This document shows, piece by piece, positions 29,515 through 37,664 of a DNA stretch of 37,664 nucleotides; the first letter of the stretch is position 1; the number at the start of each line of letters is the position of its first letter. Under the pieces are notes generated by a model. It had not been told where the DNA came from. It saw only the letters and a program-made list of their open reading frames with translations, and made no database searches. This stretch comes from Candidatus Hodarchaeum mangrovi (lineage in GTDB: Archaea > Asgardarchaeota > Heimdallarchaeia > Hodarchaeales > Hodarchaeaceae): NCBI GenBank assembly GCA_016839515.1, contig JAEOUE010000212.1, forward strand, positions 1 through 37,664. The letters run 5' to 3'. A program made the translations under genes and the position numbers.

Positions 29515-30018
29515 ATGCAAGAACTCATTCATACATTGAAGGAAAGGCGTTTAGGGATTTTGTATCTACTAAAAATGGTTCCTATGGAGATCTGGGATTG
29601 GGAACCAAATAAAAACATGCGAAATACAGCTGATTTAGCGAATCATCTAGCATGTTCTCCACTTACTATATGTGAATTACTTCAAGGTAATCTTAAAGAT
29701 GAAAATGATCTTATTAGTCTAGAAAAGAATAATATGCCACTTAATGCCCCTGGATTGGTTAAGAGCTATGAGAATGGGTTAAAAAGATTAATAGAGTTCT
29801 GCAATACTCACCTAGAGGATGCGAAAGAAAAATCGGTTCAATTCTTTTATCAAAACAAACCTAGTACTATTTATAAGGAAGTTCTTGAAGAAATCGGCCA
29901 TGAGTGGTTCCATTTAGGCCAGCTTTATGTTTATCTTAAACAGAATGGGATTAATCTCGAGATGGGCCATTATTATGGATATAAAGATCCTGATCCCACC
30001 ATTCCTCCTACTAAATAG
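29515..30018 (+). CDS. DinB family protein
   Basis: WDWEP...MR...DLANHL and HEWFHLGQL..YLK..G, giving the three-His metal site. Confidence 0.88.
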   Translation: MQELIHTLKERRLGILYLLKMVPMEIWDWEPNKNMRNTADLANHLACSPLTICELLQGNLKDENDLISLEKNNMPLNAPGLVKSYENGLKRLIEFCNTHLEDAKEKSVQFFYQNKPSTIYKEVLEEIGHEWFHLGQLYVYLKQNGINLEMGHYYGYKDPDPTIPPTK

Positions 30019-30392
30019 GATCATTGAATTCTATTATCCAAAAATAATCTTATGAGAGCTCAATTAAGATTGAATCTAAAGCAGTAGGCTTAAATTTTTG
30101 TAATCTACATATTTTGAAGAGTTTGAAACACAAATTCAGTTCTCTTTACTACAAATATAATTAAACAAAAGAAGAAAAAAAAAATCAACCTTGATTAAAT
30201 TTTTCAGAGTTTATTCTTAAAAAAGTGATGTATGAGTTGCTTAATGATGAAAAAGGAAAAAATAATCTGTATATGAAGTTAAATGTATTTATCAAATGGG
30301 TTTATAGACTCTTTATTTTAGTGGTAGCTTTATATAATCCGAAGAGTTGGCTAGTATAAAGCACAAACAAATTCTAAATCTCGGTGAAGAAA

Positions 30393-31313
30393 ATGTTATC
30401 AACCCCTCGTGTTAAAGAAATTCTGAGCTGGTATAGCTCTGATAATCCAGGTACCATTAGAAACCTTGCTCGAATGTTGAATTTTGGTACTTTAGCTGGA
30501 ACCGGTAAGTTTGTAATTTTACCTGTAGACCAAGGATTTGAACACGGTCCAGCCCGTAGTTTTGCTCCCAATCCTCATGGATATAATCCATTGTACCATG
30601 CAGAATTAGCCCTTGAATCAGGATGTAATGCATATGCAGCTCCTCTAGGTTTCATTGAAGCGGTTTCAAAAGAATACCCTGATCTTCCATTGATTCTCAA
30701 ATTAAATAATTCCGATTCATTAATTAGCGAAAAAGATCCTGCTCCTGCTGTGACTGGTGCGATAGAGGATGCACTTCGTTTAGGTGCTGGAGCTATAGGT
30801 TATACAATATATCCTGGGTCTTCAATGAGAAATGACATGTACGAAAAATTACAGTATCTAACTCAAGCTGCAAAGGAAGCAGGATTAGCTGTAGTAGTTT
30901 GGAGTTACCCTCGTGGAAGTGGTATTACTACTAAAGACGGAGAGACAGCTATTGATGTAGTTGCTTATGCTGCTCATATTGCTGCTCAATTAGGTGCACA
31001 TATGATTAAAGTGAAACCCCCCAGTTCTGAAATTTATCAAGAATCGGCACGTAAAGTATATGAAAAGGAAAAAATTCCAATTGCAACACTAGAAGAAAGA
31101 GTGAGACATGTTGTTCAGGCAACATTTGATGGTCGTAGAATTGTGATTTTCTCTGGGGGCCCTGCGAAAAGCACTGAAGAAATCTATTCTGAAATCCGTG
31201 AGATTCATGCTGGTGGTGGATTCGGGTCTATTATTGGTAGAAATTCATTTCAACGACCTAAAGCAGAAGCTCTCGAATTCCTAAAGGAGATTATGAATAT
31301 CTATAGAAAATAG
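30393..31313 (+). CDS. fbaB: Class I (DhnA/FbaB-type) fructose-bisphosphate aldolase
   Basis: ILPVDQGFEHGP, ILKLN, G.TIYPGS, VWSYPRG, Schiff-base Lys in IKVK, FSGG, IIGRN.FQ. ATG 30393 follows a GGTGA SD. Confidence 0.94.
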   Translation: MLSTPRVKEILSWYSSDNPGTIRNLARMLNFGTLAGTGKFVILPVDQGFEHGPARSFAPNPHGYNPLYHAELALESGCNAYAAPLGFIEAVSKEYPDLPLILKLNNSDSLISEKDPAPAVTGAIEDALRLGAGAIGYTIYPGSSMRNDMYEKLQYLTQAAKEAGLAVVVWSYPRGSGITTKDGETAIDVVAYAAHIAAQLGAHMIKVKPPSSEIYQESARKVYEKEKIPIATLEERVRHVVQATFDGRRIVIFSGGPAKSTEEIYSEIREIHAGGGFGSIIGRNSFQRPKAEALEFLKEIMNIYRK

Positions 31314-31373
31314 ATTCATACAATCTCTTTTTTTTTATTATTTTTGATTTTTAGTTTGGATTGAAAAATAACA

Positions 31374-32030
31374 ATGTTCCCTGATTTAGATATTTATTTA
31401 ATTCGACATGCTGATCCAGAAAAACCTCTTGGAACATGGACTCATCCTTTAGTACCACTTAGTAAGAATGGAATAGATCAAGCGATTCAATTAGGTCAAA
31501 TGTTAAAACATATACCTTTTAATGAAATTATTTCAAGCCCTCTACCCCGTTCGGTTCAAACTACAGAAATTTTAGTTAAATATCTTCGTAAAAAACCAAA
31601 TATAATCCAATATTCTTGGTTAAGGGAAATTGATCTAGGTGAATTTGGTGGAAAAACTAGTACTGTTTTAACTGGCGAATTTCCTGAATTAATACTAGAT
31701 TTTACAAATAAATTCCCTGGTCCATTAGTAGCAAAATTATTGATTGAATATCCAACTTTTAAGTTTCCAAGTGGCGAAAATGTCCAAGAATTTTGTGAAA
31801 GGGTTGCTGTTCCTTTTAGAAAATGGTTAATGATGAATAATTCAGGAAAAACTATAGGGATAGTTGCTCATGGTGGATCCCTAACTATTGTATTATTTAC
31901 TCTCCTCAATATTGATATAAAAAAGAATAATTTTCCTATTTTTGTTTTTAACAAGTCTTCCTATACCCATGTACGACTTTTATCAGGAAAAGCTTTTATT
32001 ATGGAATCTAATGTATTTAAACCTATATAA
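31374..32030 (+). CDS. Histidine phosphatase (phosphoglycerate mutase superfamily)
   Basis: YLIRHA, SSPL.RS.QT, LREIDLGEF, P.GE and VAHGG motifs. Confidence 0.92.
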   Translation: MFPDLDIYLIRHADPEKPLGTWTHPLVPLSKNGIDQAIQLGQMLKHIPFNEIISSPLPRSVQTTEILVKYLRKKPNIIQYSWLREIDLGEFGGKTSTVLTGEFPELILDFTNKFPGPLVAKLLIEYPTFKFPSGENVQEFCERVAVPFRKWLMMNNSGKTIGIVAHGGSLTIVLFTLLNIDIKKNNFPIFVFNKSSYTHVRLLSGKAFIMESNVFKPI

Positions 32031-32721
32031 CTAAAGCTGTAAAAATAAAGAATCCTAACCAGAAAAATCCCCGGTAAAAATCATTACGATGAAACTTAAA
32101 TTTCCGATAATGACTTCGAGGACCAAGATTGAATCCTTTATAGTATAATGATCGAGCTAGAAACTCAGATCGATAAATTACTGAGGCTAAAATTATAGCA
32201 AGAGTTTTTGGAAGCCACCGTAAGAAGAATCCTTTTATCTCCCCACGTAAATATAATGCTTCAAATGTTTCTTCTGCATCCTTTGCAATACGAGGAACTA
32301 ATGTGAGAGATAGAGAAGGGATTAATGCCCATCTGGGAGGAATATAGATTTTTTCTAGTGCTCGTGATAAATCTGCAGGATTTGTGATAGCAAAGAATAA
32401 CGAAAAAGATAAAGATCCACAAAAAAATCTTAAAACAATAATTATAGCTAATTCAAACCCTGAAAATAAATAAGTTATGATTCCCAGAAAAATAAGGAAA
32501 GGACTAACTGCTTTAAGTAAACTTAAACTACCAAATCCATTTCCAAGAAGAAAATTTTCTGTAATGATAATAATACTTAATATAAAGAGGATTTGTATAT
32601 TTCCAAATAATAAAATGAGAAATATTACAAAAACAAGAAAGAGATTTGTCATGGGGTGGAATTGTATGATATTAGGTTGATATATCACTCCATGGTAAAT
32701 TCTTCTTAAAAGAAAAGACAT
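32023..32721 (-). CDS. ecfT: ECF transporter transmembrane component T
   Basis: HP.T, T.P.DL..AL, VPRI..D.......A...RG, LA.SL..KGF. Last gene of an S-A-A'-T operon. Confidence 0.88.
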   Translation of the reverse strand: MSFLLRRIYHGVIYQPNIIQFHPMTNLFLVFVIFLILLFGNIQILFILSIIIITENFLLGNGFGSLSLLKAVSPFLIFLGIITYLFSGFELAIIIVLRFFCGSLSFSLFFAITNPADLSRALEKIYIPPRWALIPSLSLTLVPRIAKDAEETFEALYLRGEIKGFFLRWLPKTLAIILASVIYRSEFLARSLYYKGFNLGPRSHYRKFKFHRNDFYRGFFWLGFFIFTALVI

Positions 32722-33503
32722 TATTTGACCTTCATTCGAATAAAATCGTTTAGTTCATCAATTGTTGTGAAATAGAACTCTTTATGGACATTTAATGATT
32801 TTAATACTCGTACAATCTGATTTGGGAGTATCGAAGTTTCATTTTCTAAACGGTATAATACAGTTTTAGGAGATCCTTCAAGAATAATAGAACCATTTCC
32901 AATTACAAGGAGATGATCTAAATATGGTAAAATTCTAGGATCGTTGGTTGAGATAAAGACCATTTGATCTTTATTTCTAGCTTCATCGACTGCTTTAAGA
33001 AATTTCGTCCGATTTAAGCGATCTAATCCTATTGTAGGTTCATCTATAAACAAAATCCTTTTTTTAGGAAGATTAAATAATAGAGTTATTGCACATAACC
33101 GTCTTTGCCCTTCACTTAGATGATAAAGTTTTTGATCTGCAAGAGAAGCAATCTTATATTTCTCCATAATTTCATCAATTATATTTTCTTCTATCCCTGT
33201 CCGTTGGAAATCTTTACGAACTGTGGGACCAAGAAGTATTAATTTAGCGTTTTCGGGAAGATAGGCTACAAAATCTTTCAATACTGAAATTTTTTTAGTA
33301 TTTATACCATTCAAATGAATTGTCCCGTTTGTAGGCTTTAATAGTCCCAAGAGTAGTTTAATGAATGTAGTTTTACCTGATCCATTAGTTCCTATCACAC
33401 CAATAGATTGAGATCCTAAGATTGACCAATTAAGACCATCGAAAACATTATTTTGACTTCTGGGGTACTTAAAGGATACATCTTCGAGTTGTATTTTATG
33501 TAT
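32721..33503 (-). CDS. ECF transporter ATPase A' (apparent ATA start)
   Basis: GTNGSGKTT, LSEGQRR, FIDEPT. The frame stays open upstream of the track start through IHKIQLEDVSFKYP to ATA 33503, which is preceded by GAGGTGA. Confidence 0.88.
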   Translation of the reverse strand: MHKIQLEDVSFKYPRSQNNVFDGLNWSILGSQSIGVIGTNGSGKTTFIKLLLGLLKPTNGTIHLNGINTKKISVLKDFVAYLPENAKLILLGPTVRKDFQRTGIEENIIDEIMEKYKIASLADQKLYHLSEGQRRLCAITLLFNLPKKRILFIDEPTIGLDRLNRTKFLKAVDEARNKDQMVFISTNDPRILPYLDHLLVIGNGSIILEGSPKTVLYRLENETSILPNQIVRVLKSLNVHKEFYFTTIDELNDFIRMKVK

Positions 33504-33513
33504 CTAACTCACC

Positions 33514-34314
33514 TCAAAAAATATGTTCTAGATAGGATTTTGCTTCAATTAAATTCATTAGTTTTTGCTTATTTTTTGGTACAATTATCTCTGATACCTC
33601 TGGAAGGTCAATTTCTAAATTTAAATTTGGAATTTCTTTTGGTTTTCCTTTAAAGGTTATTTTTCCATCTGAAAGATAGATAACTTGATCAGCAAAGGGA
33701 AACAGATAATCTAATCTATGTTCAAAAATTAGAAGTGTTTTTCCTTTATCTGCTATACTTCTTAGAATCTCAGCAATACGTATTTCAGATGCTGGATCAA
33801 TTCTTGCCATAGGTTCATCTAATATTAGAAAATCAGGTGAATGAATTAGAGCAGTTGCGATTGCGATTTTTTGAAGTTCTCCTGAACTTAATTCAGTAAT
33901 TAATCTAAATCTAAGATGATTTATCTCCAATTGATTAAGAATATCTTCAACGTGTGATTTAATTATTTCAGGATTATAATGTAAATTTTCTAAGGGAAAT
34001 GCTATTTCATCTTCTACTACAAGTGATGTTGTAAAATCTCCAGGATATTGGGGGATATATCCTATGTATGACAACAGTTCCAATCGAGAAATTGTACTTA
34101 AATCCTTGTTCTTAATGAAAATTTTCCCTTCAACCGTCCCCTTAATAAAATTAGGTATTAAACCGATAATAGTATTGGCTAGTGTTGATTTTCCACTCCC
34201 ACTTCCTCCAGCAATTATAATAAGTTCTCCAGAACTCGCTTTAAGAGAAAAGTTATCAATGCACCATCTAGGAGAACTTGAGTATTTTACTTTAAGATTT
34301 TGAATTAGGAGCAT
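33514..34314 (-). CDS. ECF transporter ATPase A
   Basis: GGSGSGKST, EIAFPLEN, LSSGELQK, ILDEPM, FEHR. GGAGG SD upstream. Confidence 0.92.
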   Translation of the reverse strand: MLLIQNLKVKYSSSPRWCIDNFSLKASSGELIIIAGGSGSGKSTLANTIIGLIPNFIKGTVEGKIFIKNKDLSTISRLELLSYIGYIPQYPGDFTTSLVVEDEIAFPLENLHYNPEIIKSHVEDILNQLEINHLRFRLITELSSGELQKIAIATALIHSPDFLILDEPMARIDPASEIRIAEILRSIADKGKTLLIFEHRLDYLFPFADQVIYLSDGKITFKGKPKEIPNLNLEIDLPEVSEIIVPKNKQKLMNLIEAKSYLEHIF

Positions 34315-34349
34315 AAGAATCCTCCTGAATTCTTTTTATATTAAAGTTG

Positions 34350-35159
34350 TTATTTGATTAACCTTTTCACTTTCCTAGATTCTTTAATATTTTCAAGAAT
34401 GCCAAGTTCTTCTAAATAAGCTACAACTGGAACTGCAATAAATGTACCAAAAATAACTTGTGCGATATTAAAGGGCATTTCAAACAAAGCAACACTACTT
34501 GGTAATTTTATAATAATTATCTCATATAAATAATATCCTAAGATAATAATAGGACCAGCCAATAAGCATGCTAAAGCCATTCTTCCTCGTTCTCCCATTT
34601 TGATTTCAATGAACCAAATCATGCAGGATAGTAAAATAGCTATTATTAATAGTATAAAACCTGGAAGTTGATAATCAATGACTTGATCTAATAAAAAAAA
34701 GCTTCCACTAATTATTCTTGAATTGGGATCTCCTGTCAATTGTGGGGTGATTACATAGAAACTAAAGAAGATAATAAACAGAGTTACCCCTCCTAAAAGA
34801 ATTCGTCTAGCATTTCTCTGGCCAAAAGCTGTTTTATGAAATAAATAACCAGCCAAAAAGCCTTCTAATCCTTTAATAATGAAAGTTCCAGGAGCGTATA
34901 ATCCAAATCCAGTAAAAGTATCTGCTAAAGCAGAACCAAATCCTCCTGAAACTGCTCCTACAAGAGGTCCTCCTATTAATGCTGCTAAATATACAAAAGC
35001 TTCTCCAAGATTAAAATATCCACTTGAGGAGATCAATGAAACCTGAAAGAGTGAGGTTGAAAGAAAAACTAGAGCAGTAAATACTGCAATTAGTGCAATT
35101 TCTCGAAAAATATCAATTTCATGAATTTCCTTTTGATTATTAGAGCTCAATCTTACCAA
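34350..35159 (-). CDS. ECF transporter S component with internal two-helix insertion
   Basis: IALIAVFTALVF, GYFNLGE...YLAAL..GP..GA..GG.GSALAD, YAPGT.IIKG.EG, E.P.NI.Q. Confidence 0.88.
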   Translation of the reverse strand: MVRLSSNNQKEIHEIDIFREIALIAVFTALVFLSTSLFQVSLISSSGYFNLGEAFVYLAALIGGPLVGAVSGGFGSALADTFTGFGLYAPGTFIIKGLEGFLAGYLFHKTAFGQRNARRILLGGVTLFIIFFSFYVITPQLTGDPNSRIISGSFFLLDQVIDYQLPGFILLIIAILLSCMIWFIEIKMGERGRMALACLLAGPIIILGYYLYEIIIIKLPSSVALFEMPFNIAQVIFGTFIAVPVVAYLEELGILENIKESRKVKRLIK

Positions 35160-35322
35160 ACCCGCTATTATCTATTAGAGGGAAGATTTAAGTAATTTTC
35201 CTATGAAAATATGGCTAATTTACTGAATTTTTGCATATTTATTACAAATACCAAATAATATATAAAAAGAAAAAATATTATATTGTGTAAATAATATAAT
35301 TTTTGAATTAAAGTGCAATTAA

Positions 35323-36087
35323 ATGCAAATGAAAAATCAAGTTGAAGAATATCGAAAAATGGCAATAATGAATAGTTTGAGGTATCTACTTGGGAAATAT
35401 CCTTCTATAAAAGCTCTACATTCTAAAATTATTTCAGAACATTGCTTAGAGCACGAGAAAGGATTCTCGTATGACCAATTTATTCGATATCTTAAAGGTC
35501 AATCAAAAATTCCGGAAGTAAATGAGAGTACCATTGCTCGATTTTTATATAATGAATATAATATGATTTTTGATCTTATTGATTCTAATATTATGCTTAA
35601 CTTAAAAACTGCTCCGATTCAAATTGATATTAGTAATTTATATTCTTCACCAGAGAATTTGAATCTTATCGCATATCATGTGATAAATCATGATCTAACA
35701 GGATCTTTTAATGTTATATTAACCCATACAGAAGCCATTCCTATGGCCATTTCCTTTTCTCAGCTCCTAGCCATCCCTTGGTACAGTGTATCTTTTCGTC
35801 GTCCATCAGTAAATGAAGATCAAATCCTTCGGTTTCCTTACCTTCTTGACCAACAGGTAGTAGAAACTGTTTATTTTCACAAGATGTCTGCTATTAAAAA
35901 CAAGAAGATTTTGATCATAAGTGATTATATTAGACGTGGAGGATTATTAGATATTTTATTCAATTTGGTTGATTATGAAGGTAATGCAACTATCGAATAT
36001 CTTATTGCTATACTTGGAATAGGAAATGAATGGAAAAAATATAGTATGGAATTAGAAGGAAATATTCGTGTTCTAAAATTAGTTTAA
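35323..36087 (+). CDS. PurR-like protein: N-terminal helical/HTH region plus degenerate type I PRTase fold; probable regulator
   Basis: FIRYLKGQSKIP resembles the archaeal HTH-PRT motif L.RY..G...P. Also FNVILT...AIP.A and a PRPP loop reading ILIISDYIRRGG. Confidence 0.7.
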   Translation: MQMKNQVEEYRKMAIMNSLRYLLGKYPSIKALHSKIISEHCLEHEKGFSYDQFIRYLKGQSKIPEVNESTIARFLYNEYNMIFDLIDSNIMLNLKTAPIQIDISNLYSSPENLNLIAYHVINHDLTGSFNVILTHTEAIPMAISFSQLLAIPWYSVSFRRPSVNEDQILRFPYLLDQQVVETVYFHKMSAIKNKKILIISDYIRRGGLLDILFNLVDYEGNATIEYLIAILGIGNEWKKYSMELEGNIRVLKLV

Positions 36088-37443
36088 ATTCTTCTTTCTC
36101 CTTATATATATTAGAAATATGAAGATAGATATATAAAACACTAAAAAGGGATGTGTGGTTGAGTTTGGTTTTGTAATTTCAACAATTACCGTTGAAACAG
36201 AAAATTGTTGTTTTGTATCCAAAACAACACATGTAAAATTCCAATTACCTGCTTTATTGACTTCCTTGTACTCAATTACTTCGGAATTCCATATATTTTG
36301 TATTATTTGAGTATTATTACGGTAAATGATATAATGTGAAGGATAAGAAGATAATGCGCGCCATTTGATGTAAACAGAGTCATTAATAGTGAGTGTAGAT
36401 GAATACATCCATGGATATATAATGGGGATATCAATTATAGGAATTTCAGTTGAATTTATCGGTGAAGTCCCAAAAAGTGATTCAGCCCAGTCAGAATACC
36501 CATCTTTGTCAGTATCTGACATTAAAGGATTTGAACCTAATGTATATTCTTCTAGATTTGTTAATCCATCATCATCTGAATCATAAGTCGAATCTGGAGT
36601 AGTTGAGTCAAAATTGTATCTGTACTCATACCAATTTGGTAAATTATCAAGATCAGCATCGATTTGGTCGAATCGAAATTTTGAGGAATTTATTATGTCA
36701 AAATTGTGTTTATCAATAGGTATACGAGTTTTATCCCAGCCCAGAAGATGTAACAGAGAAAGGTCTTGATAACTCATCAAGCTGTAATTTGCACCCCCAT
36801 ACCAATCTGGAGGTATTTCTCCTTCATTTTGATGCTCTGCTCCGAAAATATGACCAATTTCATGTAATAAAATAAGCTGTTGAGAAACCCAGTTAAGAGG
36901 TTGATTGTGAGAAATTATAAGGACATTCCCCCAAATTGAATTAGCATGATTTCGTCCACCATTATATTTTTCCTGATATATTATCATCCAATCATAATAA
37001 TTACCTTCATTATTACTATCATCAATACCTGATCCAAGTTTCCAATCAAATATTCTTGTAACATTGTCTAAAGAGTTGTAGAGGGAATCTTCGGGACCTG
37101 GAGTATATTCCGTTATATTTTTTATATTAAATTTGATCATAAAGGTATTTTCAAACGGTTCTAGCCACATTTCAAATCTAGATTTGGCAATAGAATAGTC
37201 TGCAAAATATTTTCCTTCACCTATAAGATTGGAATCTATAATTATAATCACTGAGGAATTACCGTCAGGAATATATTGATTATATTGACCAAGAATCCCT
37301 TCACCCTTATTCAATCTTAAAGAATTTAATGAAGTAGTGAATTCAAGAATGAGTGCATTCGAACACCGAGTATTTGAGATTCCATTTATTGAATTAAAAA
37401 GTATTAAGCCCAGTAGCAAAATTATCTTAAGAAAAGCTCTCAT
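36079..37443 (-). CDS. Surface-anchored metzincin zinc metalloprotease with Ca-binding DxDxDG repeats
   Basis: Signal peptide, HEIGHIFGAEH, Met-turn SLMSY, repeats DADLDNLPNWYE / DSDDDGLTNLEE / DTDKDGYSDWAE, and a C-terminal TM followed by RRKK. Confidence 0.88.
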   Translation of the reverse strand: MRAFLKIILLLGLILFNSINGISNTRCSNALILEFTTSLNSLRLNKGEGILGQYNQYIPDGNSSVIIIIDSNLIGEGKYFADYSIAKSRFEMWLEPFENTFMIKFNIKNITEYTPGPEDSLYNSLDNVTRIFDWKLGSGIDDSNNEGNYYDWMIIYQEKYNGGRNHANSIWGNVLIISHNQPLNWVSQQLILLHEIGHIFGAEHQNEGEIPPDWYGGANYSLMSYQDLSLLHLLGWDKTRIPIDKHNFDIINSSKFRFDQIDADLDNLPNWYEYRYNFDSTTPDSTYDSDDDGLTNLEEYTLGSNPLMSDTDKDGYSDWAESLFGTSPINSTEIPIIDIPIIYPWMYSSTLTINDSVYIKWRALSSYPSHYIIYRNNTQIIQNIWNSEVIEYKEVNKAGNWNFTCVVLDTKQQFSVSTVIVEITKPNSTTHPFLVFYISIFIFLIYIRRKKNLN

Positions 37444-37664
37444 CTAATCTCAGATGCTTTTATTGATAAATTCTTTATTAAGCTTGAGATGTACGCACTT
37501 ATTTATTAAGGAGAAAAAAAGGGCGATATAGGTATAAAAATAAGAATTTTTGCCTTTAATAAACATTAGATGTTGTACAGTATAAAAGTGCTATATCATT
37601 ACCAAGTAGCAACCCAAATTTTCGAAAATATTCAAGAAGAAAAATGATGAAGAAAATTGTTATA

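Noticed and set aside
35277-35300. Inverted repeat ATTATATT-n8-AATATAAT upstream of the PurR-like gene
   Set aside because: The arms are all A/T in an extremely AT-rich spacer, which is expected by chance.
1073-36586. Short ORF-track entries antisense or out of frame within larger genes (e.g. 1073-1375, 1432-1626, 5953-6198, 6978-7202, 7598-7846, 11208-11462, 13910-14101, 15446-15646, 16799-17095, 19319-19654, 20773-20979, 24571-24825, 30374-30571, 32477-32680, 34064-34303, 36389-36586)
   Set aside because: They are shadow ORFs overlapping well-supported genes, with no motifs or SD support.
1-37664. tRNA, rRNA, CRISPR arrays, transposases, integrases and defence islands
   Set aside because: No GC-rich structured RNA, regularly spaced repeat or mobile-element protein was recognised by eye. 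A covariance-model scan would be needed to exclude small ncRNAs.

Overview
AT-rich (roughly 30% GC by eye), gene-dense archaeal chromosomal segment. It is most consistent with an Asgard archaeon (Heimdallarchaeia-like): it has a stand-alone roadblock/LC7 gene, a strongly eukaryote-like AsnRS, a DGGGP-synthase-type UbiA protein, GGTGA/GAGGTGA Shine-Dalgarno motifs and C-terminally anchored surface proteins. The taxonomy is inference. About 33 CDS were found, mostly central metabolism (KorAB flanked by two CBS proteins, pyk, class I aldolase, thiolase-like plus DUF35, ferredoxin), transport (ArsB/NhaD-type, MFS, ECF) and housekeeping. No rRNA, tRNA, CRISPR array or mobile element was recognised. 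The strongest candidate for an undescribed system is a directly abutting pair of divergent Cdc48/p97 paralogues. Both have a D1 ring lacking the catalytic Walker B glutamate and an intact D2 ring, the layout of eukaryotic hetero-hexameric Pex1/Pex6. Other oddities are a probably nuclease-dead endonuclease V, a thiolase without catalytic cysteines, an orphan roadblock with an MglB-like C-terminal helix, a nuclease-less divergent Hef-like helicase, an apparent ATA start codon, an esterase with an in-frame stop, and a perfect 22-bp palindrome in the ferredoxin leader.
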